Positions 1-17,342 of a stretch of DNA of 64,000 bases are shown here, in pieces. Numbering within the stretch: the stretch's first letter is position 1; the number at the start of each line of letters is the position of its first letter. This DNA is from Eledone cirrhosa (taxonomy: Eukaryota), in NCBI GenBank assembly GCA_964016885.1, contig CAXHJY010001140.1:1-64000 (forward strand), given 5' to 3'. Position numbers and translations under genes: made by a program. The notes beneath the pieces are model-generated. The model was given only the letters and a program-made list of their open reading frames with translations, made no database searches and was not told where the DNA came from.

Positions 1-123
1 TAAGTTCAGCTATTATAAAACAGGGAAATGTTTATTATATAAAACTAAATTTGTTTTCTACGATTTTGATTCACTGACTGAAGCAGGACAATCTCAAACG
101 TATAAATGTTGACAAGTGCGGTG

Positions 124-190
124 TTCAAGGGCGGTGCCCCAGCATGGCCTCAGCCGGATGGCTGAAACAGGTAAAAGAGTAAAAGAGTAA
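124..190 (+). mobile_element. 3' end of a cephalopod-type SINE
   Basis: ggcggtgccccagcatggcc...ctgaaacaggtaaaagagtaaaagagtaa, a SINE 3' end with a repeated tail that I recognise from octopus repeats. Confidence 0.6.
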
Positions 191-234
191 GTATATACAC
201 ACACTACATATAAATGTTGACAAGTATATACACA

Positions 235-545
<311 letters not shown>

Positions 546-575
546 TATATATATATATTTACATATGCACACATA

Positions 576-615
<40 letters not shown>

Positions 616-1636
616 CATATGTGTGTATGCATCGTGTAAAATAAAACTTAAATATGTAGTCAAATTGATAAATTTAAATATATAGTGAGAGAGTAAGACA
701 GAAAGACAAGAGAGCGAGGGAGACACACACACACATACATACTCACACGCCCACACACAAACGCACACGCACATACATACATACACACACACTCATATAT
801 ATTTATATACATAAGTATATATACATATATGTGTGTGTGTGTGTTGTTATTGTATATGTGTGTATTACATCGTGTTTAAATATTTATTTTATATTTTGTT
901 GGGCTTTAAGTTCGTCGGAATTGTTTGTTCAGTGATGGTCCATTAAGTTGCCAGTCACACAAACCTCAGCCTATTATAGGTATTAAATCTGGGATTTTAT
1001 AACGCTAAATCAAATACGAATACGCCAATTGTTAAATTCTCTGGCGTCAAGCTAACAGAGGATTGCTGCAGTTTGCTGTTGTATCCTATTTGTTTGAATT
1101 TGTAGTTTTGTCACGATGAAATAAATCATATTCTTTATTTTATTCACTTGTCTTTCCTTTACTTCATTTCCACACTAATTCATTTCGTGCATTAGCATTC
1201 TACTCCATGTTAAACATATCTATCTACAATACTATTTCTTTTCCTTCTTTGTTCTTCATCCCTTCATACTTATTTCGTTCCTTCATTCGCTCGTTCGTCG
1301 TTCGCTCCTTCGTATCCTCCTTCGATCTCATTCATTTCTTCATCTACTGTTCTCTCTCTTTTTCTTCCCTTTTGTTCATTTGTTTTACTGTGTTGGTTCT
1401 TGTAACATTCGCAATTTTGTATAATGGACAGTAATAAACATCCAAATTAATGGGCATTCTATACAAATATAAAAGGAAATGAAGATATTCAGAATTAGAT
1501 AATCGAAAGCAGGAACAAATACTATAATTGTGCATTGGAACTCCGTCGTGTCGCGACGGTGTTTGATCGAGTTGTTTATTCAACGAAAAGCGCACACAGA
1601 AACACATACATGCACACACATATGTATGTATGTACA

Positions 1637-1711
<75 letters not shown>

Positions 1712-1719
1712 TCATATAC

Positions 1720-1773
<54 letters not shown>

Positions 1774-1861
1774 ATATATATACATACATATGTATGTGTA
1801 TGTATATACATATATAATTATATACCTATGTATACATATACATATATATATATTTATATAT

Positions 1862-2929
1862 ATGAATGACGTAAAATAAGAAAATTATAAAAATTAACTT
1901 ACTCAAATTTCACTCCAACTAATTAGATTCTGAAAGGGAATAAACATGGTTTCCAAATGGAAAGCATGGAGAAGCCGTTTCATCATCAGGAAGTCTGTTC
2001 TCAGCTAAGATACCTGGCGATGCGTGGGCACAGAGAACTTATACAAAAATAATTCATTGGATGGAAAAAAGCAAGCGTGGACTAGATTCCAAGACATTGA
2101 AATAATCCCTGCCTACGTGGTCGGTGGCATATTCAAAAGAATCAATCACGTAACATCGAGGTTAAATAGTGATGAGTAGGGTGTTAAAAAGAAAGTACCC
2201 AAGCGATTACTATGAACTATAGTAGCACTTTTGGCAAATGTTGGCTTAACAAAATAATTTGGAGATAATTATAAAGAATTTGTATACCTACCAACATATA
2301 TATACAGATGCATACCTATGCTAGCAAATATATAGATTTTGTCTTAGTAACTACGTGGTTCAATGCAAGGGGATGCAGAACAATTATATGAATGACGTAA
2401 AATAAGAAAATTATAAAAATTAACTTACTAAAATTTCGCTCAAACTAATTAGTTTCTGAAAGGGAATAAACATGGTTTCCAAATGGAAAGCATGGAGAAG
2501 CCGTTTCCTCATCGGGAAGTCTGTTCGTAGCTACGATACCTGGCGATGCGTTGACACAGGGAACTTATACAAAAATAATTCATTGGATGGAAAAAAGCAA
2601 TCGTGGATTAAATTCCAAGGCATTGAGAAAAATCACAGCCTACATGGTCGTTGGCAAATTCAAAAGAATCAATCACGTAACATCGAGGTTAATCAGTGGG
2701 GTGTTAAAAAGGCAGTAGCCAAGCCATTACTATGAACTATAGTAGCAGTTTTGGCAAATGTATGCTCAACAAAATAATTTGGAGATAATTATAAAGAATT
2801 AGTATATCTACCAACATATATGTTCTGCATCCCCTTGCATCGAACCACAAAGTTACTGAGACAAAACATATATTTACTAGCATAGGTATGCATCTGTATA
2901 TAAATGTTGGTAGATATACTAATTCTTTA

Positions 2930-2931
<2 letters not shown>
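1862..2931 (-). mobile_element. Partial tandem repeat (1862-2387, 2388-2820) plus inverted piece (2821-2931); PLE pLTR-like architecture
   Basis: atgaatgacgtaaaataagaaaattataa starts both units. 2821-2931 is the reverse complement of about 2270-2382. Flanked by (TA)n. Confidence 0.7.
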
Positions 2932-2960
<29 letters not shown>

Positions 2961-2974
2961 GAATATACATATAT

Positions 2975-3627
2975 TGTTATACTTTGGGAGGGTCATGTTG
3001 CCAATAAGAGACACACGCACCAATTGTTTTCACTTCAATTTATTATAATCAATTTATAAATTTAGGAATTTATAAATTTCCGGTTGGTTGGTTGATTCCA
3101 CAATCAGATGATTGTTTATGTATTGTCAACATGCTAAAATAGAACATAAGGTTAAATTAGAGAACATAGAAATTAAAATAAAATCTCACATAGAAAAGAT
3201 GCAATGTTTAGATAAATCACAGAGGCAATAAACATAAATGAACTCCAACCAAAATTAAATAGAAAACATGAATGGGACAGCAACATCACAACTTACAATT
3301 AAGGACAAAATGAAAACACACACATAGAAAACAAACAACCAGTAACATATAAATAATCAAATAAATAAACAAATATAAACACACACAGACACCCGGATGT
3401 AGCACATGCGCAAACTAAGCACACAACACACACAAAAACAAGCAGGCGTAGGACAGAACAAAGGAGAGGCACAAAAACAAAGAAAATAATCCCTAGTCAC
3501 TGAAGAGGTCACATAATGTGTGACGAAAGGACTTTGACAATATATGAACAATCATCTGGTTGTGCAACCAACCAACCAACCGGATACTTATAAATTCCTA
3601 AATTTATGAATTTAATTTATAATAAAT

Positions 3628-3630
<3 letters not shown>
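2975..3630. mobile_element. PLE-like terminal repeat family B, inverted pair with hammerhead-like motif at 3496-3538
   Basis: About 3040-3130 is the reverse complement of about 3535-3630. Motif gtca-CTGAAGA-g-gtcaca-taatg-tgtgac-GAAA-ggactt-tgac. Related copies at about 5570-5672, 8135-8350, 26825-26910 and 29627-29712. Confidence 0.7.
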
Positions 3631-3660
<30 letters not shown>

Positions 3661-3663
<3 letters not shown>

Positions 3664-3913
3664 ATGGTCTTTATTCTCTCTCGTCCACGATTTCACAGAA
3701 CTTTATGTTCATCGATTTCCGGGACTTGACTCCTTCTTCCTCACTTTTCGTTTCTTTACCATCTTTGATTGTTTACTGTCTCTCTCATTCCCCTTATGTA
3801 CGTGTCCCAACGACTTTCGCTAGCCGTTGCTCGCACCAACCTGAGGTAAATGGTCTTAAAAGCGATGAAATACCAATGAAGGTTGGAAGATCACTGATGA
3901 AGGACTAAATTTA

Positions 3914-3919
<6 letters not shown>
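3661..3919 (+). mobile_element. Interspersed repeat family D, solo arm in (TA)n
   Basis: Matches 43162-43420 (+) and 42913-43110 (-), and ends at the same point (ttcata|ta) as the left arm there. Confidence 0.8.
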
Positions 3920-3995
<76 letters not shown>

Positions 3996-6342
3996 ATATA
4001 AATATATGTATGTATGCAGACATATAATACATAGACGCTCCTTTGAAAATGTCCAATACCTCATACCCAGTTTTACCCAAAATAGGGTGATGTCATTCGC
4101 ACAAGGCTTTAAATGCTAGGCTCTATGTGATCGTCAAATTCCCGTTAATTTAGTGTCAAAACATTATCACGTTCAATGAGTGAAACCAAGAAATGTATAA
4201 ACGTATCCGGCTTTGTAGAAGTGACAACACTTTTCCGACTAGAAGTAATGACACTTTACCTTATATTGGAAATGCCCACGGTCAATAGTTTCATTAGATT
4301 CATTATTAAATATAAACGCTACAACTGATCGTGGGATCTCTCACTGGAATTGATTTTCTCTACTGAGATCATTTCGGTGCGAAGAGATATGATATCAAAG
4401 CCTGAAATACATTTGTTTATTTGACACCTAACAAGGAATGTCTTTATAATATTTATTCATTATGACAGCCCAGAAACACCGAATTAAATTCGGAAATTTC
4501 AATATGGAACAATGTATGCTTTTCTAATACAGCTATGCAATAATGCCGAAAGGTGCTATAATACGCTATATGCACATCGAACTAAGTAACTAGTAGATAT
4601 ATTTCGTGTTGATTAATGTTGATGCATTGCATAATATATGCTAATGAATCTTTATATAAAAATACCTGTGTAAAATAGAAAATGTATAACTGTGTTTAGA
4701 CTGGAGTTATATACATTATTGTATTCAATATTTAGTGTAACATTCTTACAAGTAAAAAGTTTCAACAGGAAATGAAGAAATATGGAAATATTATTTTTAT
4801 AAGACACTAATTACAATCACGAACGAAGTACATATACAGTGTGGTTGGATATTGAATAGGCCTTCGTGGATTTCTAAGAAGAGTGTTTTTATTGTTCGAA
4901 CGATGAAAGCTCAATTGGGTGAGCATTTCACAGACATGTATAAACTTTGAATGATTCTCACTGATTTCACACTGATAACATCTCTCACCCATTGAATAAC
5001 ATATAGAGTTCATCCGAAATTTTCCGCTAACCAGTTCCTTTCATAAGGCTTTTGTAAAGTTTGGGGTGACATAAATGACACTTATCCAAGATGCCTGACA
5101 TAGGATACAACACCTGAATATTGGAAAATAGATTTCCTAACCTTTCCTACATGCTGCGGAAGCATCATGTTCATTACATCCGTTTCAATCGTCATGCAAC
5201 CTGTCCTTATTCGAAAACCGTCTTTCTCTTCTCTTAGAAATAACTAATATATAACTGACGAGGGTAACGTATAATGGTTCAGTTTCGAATTTATAATACT
5301 TTTTTTTTTCCTGAGGTATTATGTATGTGCCTAAACAGATCACACTCACACGACGTATCAGCATGTCGGCAATAAGATGAACTTGCATTTAGTGAGGCTG
5401 AAATATAAAACCTGCTTTTAATTATCCTTGGTGAACTAGCTGGCAAACGTTATATTCATGTAAAGCCCTCGCAAACTATCCATCCATTAATAATTATCTT
5501 CTGGTGCGCACCACAAAACAAAACACAAGATGAATGGAGTAATAGATTAAAATCAGAAACAAGAGAAGGTTTAAAAGAGGACAGAACATGTGACGAAATA
5601 GCTTTGAGGAACTAACGAAGAACTAGTAATAAAGTGAAAAGTGCAATACTGGCAACATGACCATCGCAAAAATAATTTGTCCATACCCGTCATTAGGATA
5701 CAGCAGTACCGGAAACTACCTCAACTGGAGTTAGGAAATAATATCCAGCCTAGTAGAGTGTTCTGCCTCGAAGAGATTTAGTTATAGCAATATGTTTGTC
5801 TTGGTGACAGAAAAGACCAAATCGGAGTAGAGGAAAACATTAATCTCTATACACTACAGAAAAGACTGCAAGTATTCGTAGGTGTATACAAACGGTAGAT
5901 TAATTGTTGGTATTGACACCTAGACCACACAACGTACTGGTCGAAGGTCCCATTTTTCACATTTAGGTTAATGATCGGAAATTGACATTACGTTGGTTTG
6001 AAGAACCCCATGGATATTAACATATTCCTGAATGTCCTGAGAAATTAGCATGGAGAAGATGGTTAAGACGCACAATGGCATTGGGCTATCTAATTACTCT
6101 GTTGAGCTCCCAACACCTCCACGAAGAAAACATGGGGTGGCAACACTAACATTGCCTCTGGGTGGCCTCAGTCTGTCGACTGCAACTTGTTTGATTTGAA
6201 TGGAGATATGCTTATATGACTATATATGCTGGTATGCGCGCGCGCGTATGTGTGTGTACATCTATAATAATATAGAGGTATATAATTATATATATATATA
6301 TGTGTGTGTGTTCGTGTGAATGTGTATATGTGTATATGTGTG

Positions 6343-6390
<48 letters not shown>

Positions 6391-6655
6391 CAGTTACGAA
6401 TGAGAAGATTCTGCAATAGTTCTTTCTAATGCAACCACTCTCATATATTGAATGACAGTTTCTTTTAGTGCAGGTCATGACGAATATCTCTGTCTATCCG
6501 AATTCTTCAATATAGCTGAAACTGGCTATTCATCAATTTTCGTTTATGTCCAAACGCAGTTATATTCCTTACACTTTCTACCTGCTTTTACCTTCTTTGT
6601 ATGCCGATCCTCTCTCCCTTTCTCTTTATTTTACTATTTCTTTGACTTCCTGACT

Positions 6656-6849
<194 letters not shown>

Positions 6850-6935
6850 GTTTATATATATATATATGTGTGTGTGTGCATAAACACAAAGGCACATGCA
6901 ATCACACAACCAAACAGTCATATATACGTGTGTAG

Positions 6936-7003
<68 letters not shown>

Positions 7004-7009
7004 CATCTA

Positions 7010-7060
<51 letters not shown>

Positions 7061-7665
7061 GTAAATGCTTCGTATAATTAAATTCATATGTTCATGTGGA
7101 AGCATGCAATTGATACATCAAACAGACAAGGAACGTCAAATACTTAGAAGAGAATGATTAGGTGTATGTTAAAGACTGATCTATTTATACATCAGCTAAT
7201 GCCACACAACACAATTGACTTTGCCCTTATGAAAGAATAATATATCATACCACGCCATATGCCATATCTAGCCAGTAAGGTATCCTAGGTGATGGTATTT
7301 CCTTCGAAATTTCACTGAGCTCTACACATGTGATTTTAATCATTTTTTCAGATATCTTCAAATAAAATCCTAAGAAGATTAGCGGCATGGAATTTCGATA
7401 TATAGACATTTAGAACACACTCCAAATCATTCTATATTTGGTAAATATATAGATTGCAGATTACATAGATTGTCCTTGAGAGATTTGATTGGTATATTTA
7501 ATATGCAGCAAGGACTTCCATCAAATCAATAGATTGCGCTACAGTGTCCAAATATAATTTGAAACTTATATTTGTGAGGATGTGATGCGTGTCTCGAAAA
7601 CGATAGACACAGGCACAGACGCAAACACACATATATGTATGTATGTAAATATATATATATATATA

Positions 7666-8108
<443 letters not shown>

Positions 8109-8134
8109 TACATATATACATATATATGTTTTTA

Positions 8135-8350
8135 TACATTGGTGTAGGGCAGAACAAAGGAGAGGAACAAAATAAACACCTAGTCGCTGAGGAGGTCAAA
8201 TAATGTGTGACGAAATAGCGTTGAAAATATATAAACAACCGGCCGGTTATCAAACGTAACAAACTACTGGAAATGTATAATATGTTGAAGTGAAAGACAA
8301 CAGGTGCGTGTGTGTTTTTTATTGGCAACATGACGCTCACAAATTACAGC
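8135..8350 (+). mobile_element. PLE-like family B copy with degenerate hammerhead core
   Basis: gtagggcagaacaaaggagagg...tagtcgCTGAGGAggtcaaataatgtgtgacGAAA matches 3447-3540. Its 3' part matches the reverse complement of 2975-3040. Confidence 0.7.
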
Positions 8351-8412
8351 AAAATCTGTTTCAACACAAGTTTCGAGATGACAAATCATGCAATGCGCGT
8401 TCAAGCAGGGAA

Positions 8413-8469
<57 letters not shown>

Positions 8470-8801
8470 CAAGAAACGAAGTGAGCTGTGTAGTTACTGT
8501 AAACAAAGTTTAGGATGGTAATATGGACGAAACAAGAGAATAAATCTTTCATCAGCTGTAAACCGTAGGTCATAGATATTTCGGCGCTCAATACAGAACA
8601 TCAAAAACGAGGAAAATATTGAATAGAATAATTTATATATATATATTTAAAATAAGTTAAGATATCACCGGAGGTACTAAGTACCCCGGAAATATATGGG
8701 AAAACTGATCGGTAAAAGCAATTGGATTAGGTAAATATTTAAATTATATTTTTTAATTTATTTTAAAAAATTGTTTGAATCTTGCTTGCTCCGCTTATCT
8801 C

Positions 8802-8866
<65 letters not shown>

Positions 8867-9146
8867 CACATCCTTTCTTGAATTCTCTTTGCAAAATTTC
8901 AGGTAAAAGTACACCTTGATTTGGATCTCTACTCCTTTCACTTATTGTTCTGTATTTACTCTTTCGAGTAGACCTCTTTTGTTCCATATTCGTCGGCACA
9001 TGTAGAAAATGTTGGTCCTCAGAATTAACGAAACGAAGGTACCTGCTATTGATTGTGTCGTTCCAGTAACTCTCCTTAACAAGTATGTTCAAACGTGCCC
9101 TAGTGTGTTTTTTTAGCTAGATTTTTTACCTACAGATTGCTACTGC

Positions 9147-10493
<1,347 letters not shown>

Positions 10494-10511
10494 TGATATA
10501 TTGATATATAT

Positions 10512-10608
<97 letters not shown>

Positions 10609-11050
10609 AAAACAAATAACGAAACGAAATTAAATTTCGTTTCGTTTGTAACTCACTTTTGTATGACTGACGCTTAAACAATTAAGTTAAGAATGTACAT
10701 CCACATATGTATACTGAAATACTAGTATGCATATGAATACACACACGTGTACATATGTAGATGTACCGAGTTTTTCACTGGACACTTTACTGTGAGTGTC
10801 CAGCTATTCTGTATGTGAACACACAGACAAACCGGTTTTTAGAGTCATACTGGTTTTCAAGGAAACACCTTTCCTCTATTCTCCAAAAAGCCAGACAGGA
10901 ATATTGGACTAGTTTCGATGTTGTTACATCTCATCAGCAATATTTACCTATCTTCCGGCCTTTCTAGAGAATCGTAAAAGCACATATCGTTATATGCTTT
11001 TTCTATGAAAATTAGTAGTGGGCAGACTAATTTGCATAGAGCGTGAGTAC

Positions 11051-11082
<32 letters not shown>

Positions 11083-11086
<4 letters not shown>

Positions 11087-11119
11087 ATCGAGTAGGACCC
11101 CGACGGCTGTGCTCAAGCC
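11083..11119 (-). mobile_element. Family C short solo arm
   Basis: ta|ggatcgagtaggaccccgacggctgtgctcaagcc starts at the same internal breakpoint next to (TA)n. Confidence 0.8.
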
Positions 11120-13534
11120 ACACGCATATATATATTGATATATATATATGCGTGTGGTGTTTGTGTGTACACCTGGTACATTGTTTTCTTTAACAATACA
11201 TTTTGTTCCTGGTCTCTTCAGTAAAATCTAATGGAGAAACATGAGTTTGTACTTGTAGGGCAAAAGGCCCGCTTTATCAAACATTTTCTTATATAGAATA
11301 TATCTGAGAAATTCATTTAGTTTGCATCTCTTTCTCGAATGCTCGACTTCTTGTAGCTTAATTTCACTAACATGCTGTTCTGTTCAAATGATCAATTGCA
11401 AATTTCTTCGAAACAGATGGATACGCAAAAAAGAATAAACATGAAATACATTCACAGAAAATAATGAACTATTTTAACAGTATATCGTTCACAAATGCAT
11501 TATATCCGTAAATAAATATTTGAACAACAACGAATATAAAGAAAGATTCACCAGAAAAGCTGAATAAAATCCATGATATACAAACATGCATTTAGGAAAG
11601 ATTATTTTAAAGTTTTTCATATTTTCATACATATTAATTGAGGAAAAGGCAATAAAAATAATATAAATTATGAATATAGATACAGACAATTATAGAATGT
11701 TTTATGGTTATTCACGTTTTTATGATTAGAGCAATATTTATGAAGTACGATATAGAGAAGACTGTAATTGATATGTTTTAGAGAGAAATTCATAATTGAA
11801 AACATAATGACATCGACGATTAAGATCGCAATACATAAACATATCCGATGGGTGCACGTATATATATATATATATATATATATTATGTCTGTGTGTGGGT
11901 TGTTTTTAGGGGTGCATTTGTATATATATGCATATATATAGAAATCACCTGATATATATAATATCGCAATAACAGACTGTGCATTTATGCTTTGTGTGAT
12001 CTGCTCTAGATTGCAAAATTGTGAGTTTTATTCCTCGTGGTACGTAATGTTGTGAACCAGGAAACTATATTTCAATTTTCAGCAATATTCTCAGCTGGAT
12101 GCCTAATCTGTAACCCTAGTGCAGCTAGCCCGCTTTATTGCAAACTTAGCGTCATGCCAAATCTGTGTTAGAAGCTCACGTATTTTTACTATTCTCAACG
12201 ACCGACACATTTATTGCAAACACTCGCAATATGGTTCGTCAAACAATTAGAATAAACCTCATACTATTTAACGGAGGTTCAATATAACGACCAGTATATA
12301 TTCATTTCATCATGTCTGCTTTTATGACAGGTAACCTTATACATCACGAAAAAATGGGAACAATGCATCATGTTTCTGTATGTAGAGGTCTTAAAATGAT
12401 TGTAAATATTCGGTATTTAAGGGGAAACATATGTATTGCAATTTCTCGAATACCAAGAAAAATAATCAGCCAACAGGAATAAACTACAAGATCTTCATTC
12501 ATATACTGCCACACAAAAATCATGAATGCAGATAACTGAATTCAATCCATATTTCAAGGTGTTGATCTTCAATATGATGTTTTCAAACCATGAATGAATC
12601 GATGTATAACGAAAAACTATCGCCATGTTTTCTTTCACCAAAATATGATTTTGATACATTTATTTTACAGAAGAGGAATTCGGATACAACATATTTGCCA
12701 AGCTTTTCATCATGTTTAAATGAGATTTATGCAGGAAAATATTCTTAAGGGTTCTGCATTTATCAGTCATTTTTCATTTTCTTATCTATCACAGTCTTTT
12801 GTCATCGGAAGTTTAGATAAAATGTTTCTAGAAACACATAAATGTTCAAAGCATTTCGACCCTATTTGTTACAGATGTGATATAGTCAGGTCATGATTCA
12901 AAAGTAGGAAACGAATTTCTATATAAATAATCAATAGTTTTCAGAGAACACAGCATTGAGGACTAGAAATGTATTTTATCTAATTCGTAGGACCGGAAGT
13001 AAAGTTCACTATAACTATATGTGTTACGAGCAAGATAAGCCTTCGGAGAATGTGAACAATGCCGTGTAGAAAAACTACTGCTTTGTATTTTTAGCAGGTT
13101 TCATGCAAAGATCTCGTAAAAGCAACAAAACTAATTTTCCAGAATTATTATTCCTATCGACATATTTCACCAAATCTTGAGTTTTATTATGAATACACTG
13201 ATGAGTGTATTCATAATAAAAGCGAAATAACAGTTACAATAATAGTGAAATACCAGTGTGTCATTATCTTCAAATTCTTCTTACAATTTTGTATATATAA
13301 TATTAGAAACTAAGATGCCATACCATTAACAATATTTCTAAACCTTCCTTGTATACAAATAACTTGAAGAATTCTAAATTATTTGGACATCTGTAAATCA
13401 GATATGTATTTCAGTGTTCAACGGAGTATAATGACACAGTCGTATACACTGTTTCAAATTTTAACTTCGATAATGCGAAATTATGGTCAACATTACTATA
13501 ATGTTCATCAAATAAATCAATATAATGCAGAACG

Positions 13535-13738
13535 CTCAAGCCGGATAAATTGGAGACGGTTGTGTCTAACAGGACACGCTGGATGGAGTGTTTGAAACCT
13601 CTGCCCTTACGACCATCTCAGGAATAAATGGGTGAAGAAAGAAGAAGAAGAAGAAGAAGAAGAAGAAGAAGAAGAAGAAGAAGAAGAAGAAGAAGAAGAA
13701 GAAGAAGAAGAAGAAGAAGAAGAAGAAGAAGAAGAAGA
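13535..13738 (+). mobile_element. RTE-like LINE 3' tip with (GAA)n tail
   Basis: ggagacggttgtgtctaacagg...ctgcccttacgacc...gaataaatgggtgaagaa followed by about 35 GAA units, resembling RTE/Expander 3' ends. Confidence 0.5.
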
Positions 13739-15748
13739 ATGTTGCCGAAACATCTGAAATACCTAATCAAAAATTCCCTGTAGAAATATATATTCTCAGT
13801 AGATCTACTTCACTCACTAGATCTTATATATGCTGCATATCTCCACGATATTTCTTTAAGCTTAACCGTTTAACGGAATGCACCTGATCGTGTAACACTC
13901 GATATTGTTTTTGAAAATCTACGTAAATATTTATTTTGCGCGCAAGAATTTTCAGGCAAAATCCACATCCATGTAACAAAATGTTCGTATCACAATGAAA
14001 CCTGAAATAATGATTATGTTGAATAATGATCTCTAGGTATATTTCTTTATATATAGTTGGTTCTGAATAAGTACACCTACCCCAAAAATTATGTCGCTAA
14101 TTGCATCGACGTGGAATAAGTTACTGTTATAATGGAATTGTCTATCGTATGACTTCCAACAGAGAAAATACGTTGTTTGTTTTTTCATTTTTTATTTACA
14201 AAAATTAGGCAGGTAAATTTCAAACCCCTATCCTCTGCAAATACAAGTTTACGAAAATTGTCCACCTCGAAACATCTCAGTAATACAGCATACACAGAAA
14301 ATTAAATTCATACAAATAATATTCATCGAAAATAAAATTGATAAGTTATTTTCAAACATAAAATATCATTGATTGCCGAGTTGCTCCCAATGTGACACAT
14401 CAATTATATTTAATAGTATTTAGACAAGTTAGTTATGCGACTAAAGACGTACTCAATAACTCAGTGACGGATCGAGTCATTCAATTGTGTGAATATATTT
14501 CAAAGTTAATTAAGTTACAAAGAACAGATCTACATCAACATTCGAAGACGCTTATGAATATAAATTCAGAATTATAAACGAATAAGTGTTTGATAAAATT
14601 ACACGGTTTACAATTTTAATTTTATTAACGTGTTATATATCCTGATATATCAACATCGTTTTTCCCCTAAACGTGTAGATGGTATCAAGGCAACATCAAC
14701 ATTTAGTAGTACTGTGATACTGGTACATCCATGCTTATAGAATTAGTTCTTACAATTATCTTTGTATTTTTGTATGGTTTATATTGTTGCTGCTATGCCG
14801 TTATATGGGTCTAAATGTCATTGCGTTTTAATTGTACAATAGCTATATAGCGCTCAGGTACCAAAGGTATTGAGCAGAAGTCCACTCTGTTAAAACGTCA
14901 TCTTGTCTAAGATGTGTGCCTCTCTGCGTCAAGATTTCTATGTAAATAACATCGTATAATAATTGAAAGAAGCTGTCACATATTTGCTACAATCTCAGAA
15001 AGAATTATAACGCTCGGCAATGGAATTAAAGTAAGAAAATACCAATTCAACATACAAATAGAATAGCAACATTCTTCAAATATATTTCTCAACTGCATAA
15101 CTCCTAATTAATGTTACAATCAGGCAACCAATCCCTTTTCATTCCAAATATTATCCATGAAAAATGCTTCAATCGAATTTGTTGAGCTGCCAAATTATTC
15201 CCATGATATCTCTATGACAACCCTGTCAAGCGGATGTCAAATTGGATGTCAAATTAACAAAGAAATATAACTCCGGCTGATCAATTATTTATTCTCATAT
15301 AATAAGGTAATCAACTGAATTATGTTAGACTATAGAAAATATGTTTTCAACTGTTAAAGATATGTGCGTCACACATACTCATAACCACAGTAACGATATA
15401 TAATGTGCATATACATTTTTTACGTTACTTGGTTCAATCATCTGAATGCAGGCTTGTTGGCTAACCATCTTCAAGTGATTTTACTCAATGTTATTGACAA
15501 CAGAACTTCAAGGTTATTTTAAGGTATCGAAAGATCCTATTAGGTTGTTAACCCAAAATAATATAAAAGAAAACAATGGTTTTCAACATAAGCATTTCCT
15601 CAGATGTTTAGCTATACGTATATAAAAGCATTTTGCACAAATTCTCCTATCAAATGCCATTTACTGGATATTGGAAAAAATAGAGGCATTTCCCGATTGA
15701 GGTGCACATTAAAAATAACATGCAAATATAAAACTCTCTACCGAATAT

Positions 15749-16087
15749 CTGTTCTTCTTCCCATGTAGGAGGGGTATATAATGGCATTGCTGGATGTGCA
15801 AGGGGTCACGGAGAATTTCACAGCGAAGGCTTCGGACATATAAAGCACCTAGACGGTGCTGTAATGCCTGGCACACACTATGTACTCTCTGTCATTTGTT
15901 ATGTATTTCAGCGCAGCATTTTTTGTTTGCACTCAAATAAGTCTACAAATCAACGTTCTCTTCTACATCGCTTCTATGGCGTCTGTTGGGACGCTTAAGG
16001 TGGATCATATTTGCTCTTGTTTAATGAGCTTCAATACCTCTGCCAACATTTTACTGTTGTGGTTAAGGTCCAATGTGAAGCATGGTC
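15749..16087 (-). pseudogene. Degenerate ORF1 fragment of the same Tx1-type LINE as at 32.4-32.8 kb
   Basis: Minus strand aligns to 32415-32780: gtcccaacagacgccatagaagcg vs gtcccggcagaagccattgaggca; gcgctgaaatacat vs gcactgaaatacat; tacccctcctacatggg vs tacccctcccacatggg. Confidence 0.85.
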
Positions 16088-17161
16088 ATATTTGACTATT
16101 AAAACAGTGAAATATTTCTTTATGTTGTCCCTGTTGCTATTGTTGGTCATATTTTTGTTGCATGATTTAACGCATTTAAAATGAACGCAACACATATATT
16201 CGATGGGAGCTAAATGTGCGGTGTACGTTTTCGAGAAATGTACATTGCTTGCGGTGATATGCTTGCTTCAGGATGTGTCACTAATTTTTCTCTGTAGCCA
16301 TAGTTGATTACAATGATTACGTGATGTGGAGCTTCCTCTCATATTCCTCTTAGCTCTTTGTTTTTATTAAACTGATTTGGGGGGCTTTATTTCCCCCTAT
16401 TTAATTTTTTCCTAGTGCTGTTTGTCAGAAAAATAAATAAAACATATTATCGCAATTCTATTTATTGGACCCATTGTGCCCACCAGTATTGTTATACTCG
16501 AGTATGTCGAAATACGTGCGTATTAGCTTCCCATCTATAATGAAATTAGAATGCATGCCTGTCCGTACCACGCGAAATCATTTCCCAATGTAAAGCTTAT
16601 GTGTATGCGCATGCCTATTTGTTCATTATGATCAGGTATGAGTTAGAAGTACATCAATCATTGATACCACATTAGTTTGTGATTTTAAGTGCTGGAAATG
16701 ACATCCATTTCTGGAGGAAAACGTTAAACGGAAGGGAATACTATTTTACAGAATCATTAGTATGATATGGAGGACATTTTACGTGGCAGTAGATCTTACT
16801 TTGAAACGGATTTGAGAGACATTGATAACTTCCCTCATGTATTGATATTTAATAGCCTGTTTTCCTCTTTCGTTTTGTCTTAGATATGTTTAGTAGTAAC
16901 ATACAATATATATTGTATTTTACCTAGTAGTTATACGAATGTATCTAGTGTTACGGTCTATCTCATCTAAATACGTCATGCTCCATGATAATAATATGCA
17001 ATTACATGCTATGATCATTGATAACAACTACATACTTTCATAGATTATATTTCGACTATTTAGAAGATTCTTTGTCCATGTATTTAATCCGGGAAATTGT
17101 TCACGTCATATGCTACTACCGCAATGTTTCATATAAAATTGTTCGTCCAATTTTAATTACT

Positions 17162-17342
17162 TGTTTCTACTTTTGGTACAAGCAGCAATTATCCCAGTGT
17201 ATTATTGCATCTTTTATTTTATCGACACCGTAAGGATGAAAGGCAAAGTTAACCTCGGCGGTTTTGAACTCAGATCATAAAGGGCCGTAACTCTTTGCTG
17301 AAAAGCATGACGACACACACTCTACCGATACAGCCAATCCAC
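17162..17342 (-). mobile_element. tRNA-derived SINE with 18-bp target-site duplication
   Basis: B box gagttcaaaacc on the minus strand; central domain gcctttcatccttacgg..tcgataaaata (Meta-domain-like); TSD cgtccaattttaattact at 17144-17161 and 17343-17360. Confidence 0.88.
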
